A DNA stretch of 64,000 nt, taken from NCBI GenBank assembly GCA_964234715.1, contig OZ174276.1; one strand, given 5' to 3'. A program made the position numbers and the translations under genes. The notes under the pieces were generated by a model. It made no database searches and had not been told where the DNA came from. It saw nothing but the letters and a program-made list of their open reading frames with translations. The first letter of the stretch is position 1. Each line of letters begins with the position of its first letter. The stretch comes from Podarcis melisellensis. Taxonomy: Eukaryota. Shown one piece after another: positions 9,801 to 21,800 of this stretch.

Positions 9801-12800
9801 AGGATTCAAAATAAATTAGTTAGAACATGTTGGGTAGCTTTAAAAGTGGAGTTAAATATTTAAAGTTAAATGTCCTTTTTTTTTTTACATAATGCAGCAT
9901 CTTCTCAACATTTGCTATATTTTGTCAGTGTCAAAAATGCAAAGTTAGCTTTTAAACAGAAATCTCTTGCATTGTGCTTTTGAACTTTCAGCATATGTTC
10001 TTTCCTTATGGATAACAATAGCATTCTGCGAGTCTTATACCATTTTATTGTGTGGCTGATAGCTAATGTTAGTCATACACATTGATTACTGGGGGGCCTG
10101 TTCTGAGTATGACATTATTGGATATCACCTGTTTATTTACATAGCTGGTCTGTTTCATTTAAGATCTGTAGGCAGTACAGCACCAAGGACCAAGCTGAGG
10201 AGCTGCAAACCACTTGTATATTTCATTTGTGTTTACCTAATTAACACATTTTGCATAAAATTTTAATATGGTGGCTTTGTGTGCTTTCCCCATGATACTC
10301 CCTGTAGCTGTAAGACTACAAGTGACATTCTGAGGATATTTTTCTTGGGAAATAATAATTAGTTAATTGTGTTCTTAATGTAAAAAATAATTAGTAACCA
10401 GATAATGCTGTTGCATGTGTTTCATATTAAAATATCATTCCTTTGTATTTATTTTTATTTATGCACTGTTTAATTACAGTAGTCTCAATGTGGTGTAAAA
10501 GGAACACAATACTATATAAATAAGCATTGGTTAAAACTATAAAAATAAAATTAATTCAGAATACCTTCCAGGTACAAAAAGAAAAGCCTCCAGTAGGCAC
10601 CGGAAGTTAAGAAGGGAGGGAACCTGTCTTACCTCAGTTGGAAGGGAGTTCCATAAAATGGGCCCACAATTCTGAATGCATGGCTGCTGGTAGATACAAG
10701 CTGTGTATACAAGCCATGGTGGATCACTGGCAGTGACTCCCCCAAAGACCTTAGTGGTGTCTTCAAGAAATAATGGATCAGGTGGTCCTTGAGGTATCCT
10801 GGACCCAAGGTATTAAGGGCATTGTAAATTAACACAAGAACCTTGAGCCTGGATAGGGATTGTTTTGTCTTTACATGCTTTTTGTTCTGTAGAATTTATA
10901 TTTGCTTAAGGGAACAATTGTGAACGTATGAATTTCTGTTTGTCTTGTGTGTGAAAGGACACTGAGCAAGATCACTTATTTGATGACAAGTGGCCAGAAC
11001 TTTCTGTTTGATTGACTGCTAGATGCATATTCCAAATTTGCAAAATAATAGCTACAAAATGCTTTATATTGTCATATTTGTAAGACTTGTCTTTCTGAGG
11101 AGTCTCTCTCTGTGTCTCTCTCTCATTCTTTCTTTTGGCCTAAATAGAAAAAATGGTTACATAGAAAAAATTGTTCTATCACAATGGCTCAATTCAGATG
11201 CAGTACCAAGTTGTTGTTTGGCATTATATACACGAGTCATGGTCTTGCATGCTCCTTTCTCCTTATGCTATCCCTGACTTTGGCTGCAGTCCTATCTATA
11301 CCCACTTCTTTGGGAATAAACCTCATTGAACTCAATGGGATTTACTCCTGAATACCGTGGGTAGCAGTTGAGGAGCAACGGGTTAATCCTCCCTTTTCCA
11401 CACTGTGCTACTCCATCCTCAGCCAAGTGATAACCAGCACTTTGAATTGTGCTCAGAAATGAACTGGTACTCCATGCTGATTGAACAGTATGAAAAGTAT
11501 TTGTTCTGAAAAACGGGCCCGCAACAAAACTCTGGCTTCCAAATTTTGTATCAGCTGAAGTTCCTGAATAGTTTTCAGAAGCAACTTTCTATAGAGTTTA
11601 TGTGACCAACATTAGATCTGCTTTTTACAGAAAAGGGCACAGTTGGTACATCTCCTGAAGCTATGCAAGGGCCCTCTTTTCCACATCCAATTAGTAGTCC
11701 TGAGAGGCTGTTGAAGAGGCTACCAAAAAAATCTAGTCCTGAAACAAAAAAATCTAGTACTGTACGGATACAAAAATTATCCTAATGGAGCCAGGCTAAT
11801 TCAGGCAACATTTCCTGCCATCAAACTAGTTCTTCCTTGTTGTATATGGTAACAGCCCCACCGAAATCCTCTGAGGCAAGGCGGGCAAGCTGAGCAACTG
11901 GATTGTAATGGAAGCAGTCTTCCCTTGCTGGCAGTTGCCAGGCAGCAGGTCCTCTGAGGCAAAGGACCAAATAAACAAATCAAAATGCAGATAACTCAGA
12001 TTTATAACCCAGGTCATAGGTGTGTAATTGCAAGAAAAAAGAGGTAAATCTCAGTGACAAAAACACGCCAACCTGTAAGGTGCAGTGGCTGTGTTTGCAT
12101 GTCACACACTGATTTAGCAAAACTTGCACAAGCAGGAAGAAGCATAGTTCTAAGTTGCCTTGTTTTGAATTTGACCATATTTAGCTTGTGGGGTGGAGAG
12201 AATAACTGGGGGAGGGAAGGAGTGTTGTCCCTGTCAATCTTCTGAGAGGGAGGCTTCAAGTCCTTGTTCCTTTCCCTGCTGGACTCTATAGTGTTAAAAG
12301 GAACAGGGTTAAGGCTGACTTCCAGCCCTGAACCTAAGCATTTTATAGCTATATAAGGTGAGCAGGATGCTTCTGGAAACCGGTAGCCATTTTCCTTCCA
12401 CCACTCCTAATACCATATTGTGGTGGGAGGGGGATTTCTTTTAATGCCACAACACACATTCATGAAAACCTAATCCCCACCTTCAGAGTCCTATAAGCTG
12501 TTTGCATCTCAACCTGGCCAATTCCTCCTCCCATTCCTTTTCTTTTTTTCGCCTCAGCTGACAACATCCATATGCCATTCAAATGAGCTCAGGGTTCTGG
12601 AAAGAAGTAAACATAGACCATTTAGGCTGCTGGTGTATTATCTGGAGAATCAGAATATTTTATATAATTCTACATACTCAAGGAGCCCCCTGAGTATGCA
12701 GAACCATTGTTGTTATTTTTATATGCCCCAATTCATTGCCAAAAGGACAGTCACTGAACCACCCAAGTTAAGTATTAGAAGAAGCAAGTGGATTTGCAAC

Positions 12801-15800
12801 ACAGTGCCGCAATCTATTCTTACCTCCTAAGTGGAGTGCTGCTGTCCTGGGCTCCATATACAGCCAGGAATAAGAGTCTTGCAGTCCTCTTCAGGTCTCT
12901 TGGGCAAAGGGCTCAGGGGTAGGAAAGGGCCTCCTCAAGGCCTTCTCCAAATACTCCATATACAGGGCTGCCTGCTCCAAATCTGAAGCTCCATTTTCTT
13001 TCCTCTTCTCCCACAAACAACTGATGTTCCAACATTCTGTGTCTTAACTGCTTCCAGTCTCAGTCTGGTTCCGTTGGTCCTCCCTTCTCCCCCTTCTGTT
13101 GATACAAACTGTTGTTTGCATTTTGTAACCTTGCAGGCATTTTTGTTACTTCAAATAAATAGACAAACAAACTTCTGCATATCCAGGAAGCCCTCATCTT
13201 TAAACCACTCTTTTATTTTTAAATGACCCTATTTCATTTTCAGGCACTCGAGCGTCTGAGTTCACTGTTACAGAGTGTGATCATGATGACTCAATATTTG
13301 GTTGGTTGTAGAAGGAAACTTCTAACTTTCCTTTAAAAAATGGAAATGTCTGTGAATGTCTTTTTTTAAATGCCCAAACAATCAGTGCTACACCATATTT
13401 AATTCTGTATATGATTTCTGGTGATCAGTGCAACACTTACTACCTTAACACTAGACAAGTAGCATCTTATCTATAGTCCTAAACTGGGGCATCAAATTTC
13501 ATGGCTGATCATCCTGTTAGAGGAAGTGTTAGTCCTTTGGGTATGGGAGTATTAGTGAATTGTTTCAGATAAACATTTCCTGCTGGAAGTACTTAGTATT
13601 TGAGTTTTAACCATTTTCACAATTGTGTTTTGCCATGCATTAAATCAGTTTTTAAATTATTCAATATAGGTGCAAACCGTACAGACAACATTATCTGAAT
13701 CTCCAGTGATGACCAGCCCTTCCCAACGCATCCAGATAATCTCCACAGATTCTTCAGTAGCTTCACCACAGCGCATCCAGGTATAAGAGTTTTCCCACCT
13801 GTGAATTTGCTTATATCATCTGACTTTTCTCTCTAGCTGCTAAAACTGTATTTTCCATCATAAAACAATTTGATTTTAAAAGAATCATAGTAGGAAGGGA
13901 TCTTGAGGGTCATCAACCCCCAGCAATGCAGGAATCTCAGCTGAAGCATCCATGACAGATAGCCATCCAACCTCTGAAGGTCCACCACCTTCCAAAAGAC
14001 TCGGTTCCACTGTTGAACAGCTTTCACCATCAGAAAGTTCTTCCTGATATTTAATCACAATCTCCTTTTTTGTAACTTGAAGCCATTGTTTCAGGTCCTA
14101 GTCTCCGGAACAGGAGAAAACAAGCTTACTCCAACTTCCATGTGACAGCCCTTTAGATATTTGAAGATGGCTATCATGTCTCCTGTCAGATGCCTCCTAT
14201 TCCAGCTGAGCATACTTGGTTTCCAGACTTTGATCATCTTGGTTGCCCTCCTCTACACTTGTTACAAGCTTGTCAATATCCTTCTTAAATTGTGGTGTCC
14301 AGAACTGGACAAAGTTTTCTAGATGTGGGCTGACCAAGGCAGTATAGAGTGTTACTATGACTTCCCTTGATCTGGAGCTAGACTTCTGTTGATGCAACCT
14401 AGAATAGCATTAGCCTTTTCTTTTCTTTTCTTTTTGCTGCTGCATCACACTGTTGACTTGCGTTAGGCTTGTGGTCTACTAAGACCCCCTAGATCCTTTT
14501 CACATGGCAAGCCAGGTGTCCCCTATTTTTGTGCAGCTGGTTCGTTCTGCCTAAGTGCAGAACCTTACATTTGTCCATTTTGGAATTCATTTTGTTAGTT
14601 TGGGCCCAGTTATCCAATCTGTTGAGGTCATCTTGAATCCCAGTTCTGTCTTCTGCAGCATTTGCTACCCCTCCCAGTTTGGTGTCATCTGCAAATTTGA
14701 TGGACATCCCCTCAATTCCTTCATCCAAGTCATTTATAAAGACATTAAACAACAATGGGCCCAGGACAGAATCCTGTGGCTCCCACTTGTTACTTTTTTC
14801 CAGGATAATGAGAAGCCATCAATGAGCATTCTTTGAGTTTGGTCAGTCAACCAGCTACAAATCCACCTAACAGTAACCTTGTCCAGCCCACATTTTATCA
14901 TCTTCTCCACAAGAATATCATGTGGGACTTTGTCAAATGTCTTCAGTTTAGCTTTGAGGTCTTTAACAGTAATGTCACTGTTGTTGTTTCCCCACCCCTA
15001 CATTTTTTTACCCATATGCTCTCAATCCACCTTGCATGTTCCAAGTAATGGATTTCTTCACAAGTGCACACATCCTTTACACAAAATGCTACCCTTCATC
15101 CCTTCCTATTTGGTCTATTCCTTTTGAATAGCTTATACCCCTCAATTTCTGCATTCCAGCCAAGTGTCTCATCCCACTAGGTTTCACTAATGTTTATTAG
15201 CTCATATTTGCCATTCTGTATTAAGAGCTCAAATTCACTTTGCTTCCCATTCTCTGTGCAGTAGTCTAGAGACAAGTAAAACCATGTGTCATTCCCTCCA
15301 GCTGTTTTCTTCTTATAGTTTCCAGCCCTTTGACAGGTTGCTATAGCACCACCTCAGTTTCCTGTGCATCAGTGAAGCTGCTATCCCCAATACCAGCTGT
15401 TCTCCTGTTGTCTGTACTATTGTCTCCCTCCCCCTCAAGTTTTAGTTTAAATCTCTCCTGATCAGATTCACAAGATTCTTAGCAAGCACATTCTTGCCAA
15501 CCACCATAAGGTGCAATCCATCTCTTGCCAGAAGTCCTCCTTCAACAAAGTGGAGACTGTGGTACAAGAATTCAAACCTTTCCTGATGACACCACATGTG
15601 CAGCCAGTGGTTTACTTCCAGTTTTTTCTTACTGTGCCACAACCTTCAACAGGAAGGAAAACCAGAAAAAAACACCTGAGCCCCAAGGCCCATCAGCTTT
15701 CTACCCAGAGTCTCATAGTCCCTTGTTATACATCAAGGGTGTGTTGATACTAGCAATATTGTTTGTACCCACATGAGTCATCAGGAAAGGGTTGAGGTCA

Positions 15801-18800
15801 CTAGGCTTTATAAGACGTCTCTGTCGCATCGTGAATCTTTGCATCTGAAAGACAGCACACCTCCTGTTAGCTCCGCACACTACTGTCTCAGTCCCCTTCA
15901 GTAGGGAATCACCATTACATCTCTCTTCCTCATCTGAGGAGTGACAGGAATTCTTCTGTACATTGTACCTTACATAGCCACCTCAAGTACTGAGGTCTGT
16001 GACTGCTGTCCTTGCTCCTCTGGTCCAGAATCAGTGTCCGAGATGGGGGCATGTAATCAATTTTGCAGCTCCAGTGACAGAACATAGCTCCTGATAGTCC
16101 TGCTTCTGTATGTCCTATTCCTCCAGTGGTTCGTCTTATGCTTCCTAGGGGCACCCCTCACTTCATTACTGTTCCAGGACACTCCACTCTGTTCTATCAA
16201 GAAAATCCTCATCTTGCCCAATAACTCAAGTGTGAGTTACAGTATCTCTGCCGGTATGAGTTTTCTTAGTTCAGGTGTAGTTTTGCACATTCTCAGGCAG
16301 GAAGACAAGCATGGCACAGATGTTGCAGGCCACGGCAGCAGCTTTCTTGCCATCCATGTCTCTTGGTCCTAGATCTTTCTTCTATGTGTTCAGTTTCATC
16401 CTTAGTGAGAAGACAGTATTATTACTAATAGTTATTACTTAACAACTGCCAGATTTTGTTTCACTATTGGAGCTGTATTTTATGTTTACATCTTGCCACA
16501 GAAATTATTCTTGCTTATTTGTGCACTGTGGATGGTTGTGTGCATTGGGTGGAATCCAGTTGGTCCTTCTAGCACTGTTGTTCCAAAGGAGGCATGCGCT
16601 TCAAGTTCAGCCGTCAAAAAACGTACCTGTGGACTTCAATGGTATGTTACCAGAGGGCCACAAAACCATGACTGCTAAGCATGGAAGAGACGAGGTGGCC
16701 AAGTGGTTAAGGCGATGGACTGCTAATCCATTGTGCTCTGCACGTTTCCTGCTTGGCAGGGGGTTGGACTCGATGGCCCTTGTGGTCTCTTCCAACTCTA
16801 TGATTCTATAATCTGCTAATGAACATGGGGAGGCCAGTTTCCTCCTTTCTATTGCAGTCCAGCACCCCCCTTAAAAAAAACTGTTTTGGAGGGTTTGGGG
16901 ACCATTCAAAACAAAATTTCAGGGGGAATTGTGGGCTGTAGTGGGGAGAGAAAACATACAAAAATAGTCTCTTCTACTGATCCACTTCTTACTGGATCAG
17001 AAGTCTTTGCACTTGTGCAAATGCACCAGTTGGATGTAGCCAATTCATATTCCATACTGATTTGCATTCTGAGTTGTTACATACATAAAATGTACATAAA
17101 AGTTTTTTACTTCTTCTATACCCTTTTGTGGCTTAACTGCACGTATAACCTAACAATGGAGGGAAAACATCACTTTATGAAGTTATAAAATATGATTCTA
17201 CTAAATTGTTAAATCTCACATGATAAAATATTTCCATTTTTGTTATAGATTGTCACAGATCAGCAAACAGGGCAGAAAATCCAAATAGTAACAGCAGTGG
17301 ACTCATCAGTCTCCCCAAAGCAGCAGTTTATATTGGCTAGTCCAGACGGAACAGGAACAGGGAAAGTGATATTGGCTGCACCTGAGGCTTCTAATACCAA
17401 GCAACTTATCTTTACCACCACAGATAACATTGTGCCAGGCAGAATACAGGTAAACACAGCAATTAAATAAGGGTATATGTGTCAGCCATTAAGCAAAGGA
17501 AACGTTACATAGCTTATTAAAAATAAAATGTTTGTTTCATGGGATGATCTATGCAGCGAGTATAAGATGTACACGTGAAACAAAAGTAATCATATTCACC
17601 ACAATAAATAAATATGAATGCTAAACAAAAATAATTGTTTCTGAGAATTAATTATGTGTTATATGAGGCAGAAGGTATATAGTTTATCCTGGATTGTTAT
17701 ATATACTGATTCAATGGATATGCTTAATGGTCAGTTATAACATGTCTTGTTACAATCTGATTTATATAAAATGATTTACCGTTGAAGGATTGCTTGTTTT
17801 ATCTGAAAAAAATATAAGTGCTGCACAGTTGAGGTCGCTACTGATCAGCTCCTCGCAGGGTTATTTACTTAATTATAAAATAATTTACATCCTGCTTCTT
17901 CACTCAAAGTGGCTAACAAAATATAAAAGCAAACACAATAATAAAACAAACCATAATTAAAATAAGTTACCAAAAAAACTAAGACAAAAAGCAGCTTGAG
18001 AGAACAAGGGCAATGAGAGCCAAAACAATAAATAAATGAATTAAATTAAGTAACAAGCAAGTCAAAGTTTTGAACAGACATCTTCAAAATACTGGCAGAA
18101 TGCAAATGGGATGTTATTTTGGGGCAGGGAATTCCAGGTGCTGCCACAGAGAAAACTCTTGTACTTTGTCACAGAACAGCTGGTCTTAAAGGATAGGGTA
18201 ATTCACATGGGAAGAGTGGGTGTTTCATGTAGTTTAATTCTAAACTGTTTAGAGCTTTAAGGATAACTGGCACCTTGAATTGCACTCAGAAATGAAGGGG
18301 CAGCTGGGGCAATTGATACAGTAAGACACCAGTTTGCCCCATGAATATTTTATTGGCAGCATTCAGCACCAATTAAATTGAATTGAATTTTTCAAGGGTA
18401 GCTCAGTCAATATGCGACTAATGCATGTTGGACCAATGGTAGGTCTGACTGCACCAGTAATGGGCACAGCTGGCACACCAGCTGAAGCTGCACACAAAAG
18501 TACTGCAGGCCACTTGAACTTATTGTAACAAGAGCAGATCCAGAAGTACTCCTAGGCCACAAGCCTGATCTTAAGAGGAGTGCATCCTGTCCATAATAGA
18601 CTGATATTTTATCCCTATTCTAGTAGGCCTACCGATTGATAGTATCTCTGCCTTGTCCAGATTTAATTTCAGGCTAGTCAGTCCATCACTGACTCCAAAC
18701 ACCAATTCATCAGCTTTCCAGAAGGAGATGGCAATAACATATAGAACTGAGTTATAAAAATTGCCTCCAGAAGATTGCCTCAAGGGCATGTTAGTCTGCA

Positions 18801-21800
18801 AGACATTTGGCTTGATTAGGAATGTATGGAGCAAGCCTGCCATATGATGCCAGCCAGAAAACATTTAGTTGTGGAGCTGCCACTAATGTCATTTTTCTCT
18901 TTCCATTGGCCTGTTGCTAATCCAATATAAGGTTTTTCACATTGTCTTCAAACCACACCTGCACCTCTGTATCCTTTCCCCCTTTTTCTCACTGCATTCA
19001 TATTTGCCCATTTCATTATTTTTTAAATCTCAACTTCTCTGCATTTTTGTTACTTACTCACTGCTGCTACATCTGCATGGAACATCTCCCTTTCCAGAGT
19101 CTCCATACTTCCCCCCTTTCTTTCCTTGCAAAGTACCTAAAATCCTGTCATTACTTTCACTTTTCTTCTATGCTAACTTGAATGGGACTTCTTCTGATAC
19201 AACTGTGTTTAAAATATTTAGGCAGCTCCTTTTTTATTTAATTTGAGATGGAGAGTGGCACTGTAAGCCTTCTAAATATTTCATTTTAGATTGTGACTGA
19301 CTCTGCCTCTGTGGAACGTTTGTTGGCTAAAACTGATGTCCAGCGACCCCAAGTAGTAGAATATTGTGTTGTCTGTGGAGACAAGGCATCAGGTATGTTC
19401 TGTAGGAGAATTATTAGATGTGGTGCAAGAAATTGACTGTGCTCACTGATGTCAAAAAATGGCACTTGTGGATTGTTAAACAGATGAATTTGATTCTAGA
19501 ACATTGTTCTGGCAAAACAACTCAAGCTAGATATTGCCCAGCAGAGTGTAGTTCTATTCCACTTTCTCCTAAGTAGCAATATTCTGAGGGCCTGGAGAAG
19601 AATAAGCTGCTACATGGCATAGGTGGTGTTGAGGAAGCTTCTGATTGATGACATGAATTGCCTGGCCACATTTGGATGTGCCTGGCATAGCAGCTTCACA
19701 ACAGATGGAAGTTTAAAATCAACCCCTAAGAGCTATTATACATCTTGATCCTTATGCAAGCAAAACTCAAGCTTACAATCCAAATATACAACCCTCAGAA
19801 AATAAAGTACTTATCACCATCAGGGTAAACCTGGGGATTATTACAAATATAGTCTGCTCAACTACTTTAACTTCAAATTCCAGTATTTTGACGCTCCTAC
19901 GTACATCACACCAGTTAGCAACAGAAACGCAATAACAAAGCCATTCTTGTTTCCTGAGCTGAATGAAACCATAGTTAGCATTTTCTGCTTTCTGAATATC
20001 TGCGGGTAGATACGTAAATTCAAAATCTGGCATAGGGCTAAGTTTCCATTTTTTAAATGCAGATCTCAGCATTAATGCCACTTCGGCAGTCCACCTTGTT
20101 TTAGTCAACTCATTGCTGCCTAACAATCATAGGAGGGACATTGTTTGAAGAAACAGCGCCAAAAACTCATGCCAAACAGCATTATCCCCCTAAGAGAAGT
20201 TTTCTGTTATTAATGGTTAATTTGTGCCATGCAACATGAGGACTCCTAATGCTGACACAAAATCCGAGCGGCCAACATGGTGCAGGCACTCACCCAGCAG
20301 CAGCATTACTGTTCTTTACCTAGACAGGGGTGAAAGGTCATTGGCAAGGTTAAGACTTTTTGGGTGTATCAGTGCACCTGTGCAGCCCCAGCCTGACCAC
20401 CACTCTGCCCCACCCTTTAGGGTTGCTGCCATCAAGGGGCACTGTGGCCCCCTCCCGCCATGTCAGCCACTCTTGCACAAAATTCAATGGCTAAATTGCT
20501 GACTAGGAGCCAGACAAATGCAGCATACATCATGCCATTCTTAAAGCCCTGATCTGTTTCTGGTCACAGTTGAAAATATTGATGTAACCTTTAAGGTTAT
20601 TATTCTCCCACATGAATCTGCCTCAATGTTAAAATTGTCCTCAGAGGCCCCTTTTCAAGTCTTCCACCCTGGCAAGGAGATTGGGCTTATAGCTGTGGTG
20701 CTCTGATCCACTTGGTACTGAGTCTGATGCGTTTCATTTGCCCATGACTTAGATTATGAGTTAAGCTGGCCCTACACTGGCATATATTTAACTGTTCTGT
20801 GTTTTCTACTTTTAAACCTTGTTTTTTGGTGTTTAAAATGCTGTTAGTTGGTCTGCCTTCAGGCTGAAAAGCTGGATAAGAAATATTCTAAATAAAAGAA
20901 ATGCTATGAGTAACCATTTTAGAACCATACTAGTACATCACTGATGGGTTTAAGCACAAAATACACCCCAGTCTAACTAACAGAATAGCATGAGACTTGT
21001 GTATGTGTGAAACCTGAAAATGCATGCAAATACTTGAGGATTTTCTTCTGATTGGAATACAATGCATATTAAAAATGTGAAAAAACTGAAAAGCAACCCA
21101 CAGCAATATCTGAACAAAGTACCCTGCATATTATAAAAATAGTTCTAAAGTCCATCTTCCTGCCACATTAGTTGTATATTCTTAATTTCTGGCTTTTTTT
21201 AGGTCGTCACTATGGTGCTATCAGTTGTGAAGGATGCAAAGGCTTCTTTAAAAGGAGTGTGAGGAAAAATCTGACCTATAGTTGCCGTAGCAACCAGGAC
21301 TGTATCATCAATAAGCACCATCGGAATCGCTGCCAGTTTTGTCGGCTAAAAAAATGCCTTGAGATGGGAATGAAAATGGAATGTGAGTCTAAAATACACA
21401 GAGTGGTTCTTTGTCTATCAAGTGATAGATATGCATAGACAAACAGCCTGTTCTGTCAAGTATAGTTTAGAGGCTTGTGGTTAAAATCAATTTCTATTGT
21501 TTTTTTTAATAATTTTTCATTATCCAAAATCAAAATTTATTTCATGTTTTATATTCTAAGCCATATTTTTTTGATCATTTGCATTGTGAATGTTAGAAAT
21601 AAGCATTAAATGACTTATAATGTTTTTTCTTACAACATTACAAAAATAGCTAAGATGCTATTCACAGTGAAAGGTGTATCTAAAGATCAGATACCTTGAA
21701 AAATGGCAGCATGATAAGAAATAAGAAAACAGCCACAGGGCATGAGATCCAGTAGCCTAACAGTACAACTAGGCAGAACATTGGAACACTACTAAGTCAG

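Noticed and set aside
16689-16770. Functional tRNA-Ser gene
   Set aside because: The T-arm, B box and acceptor 3' strand are missing.
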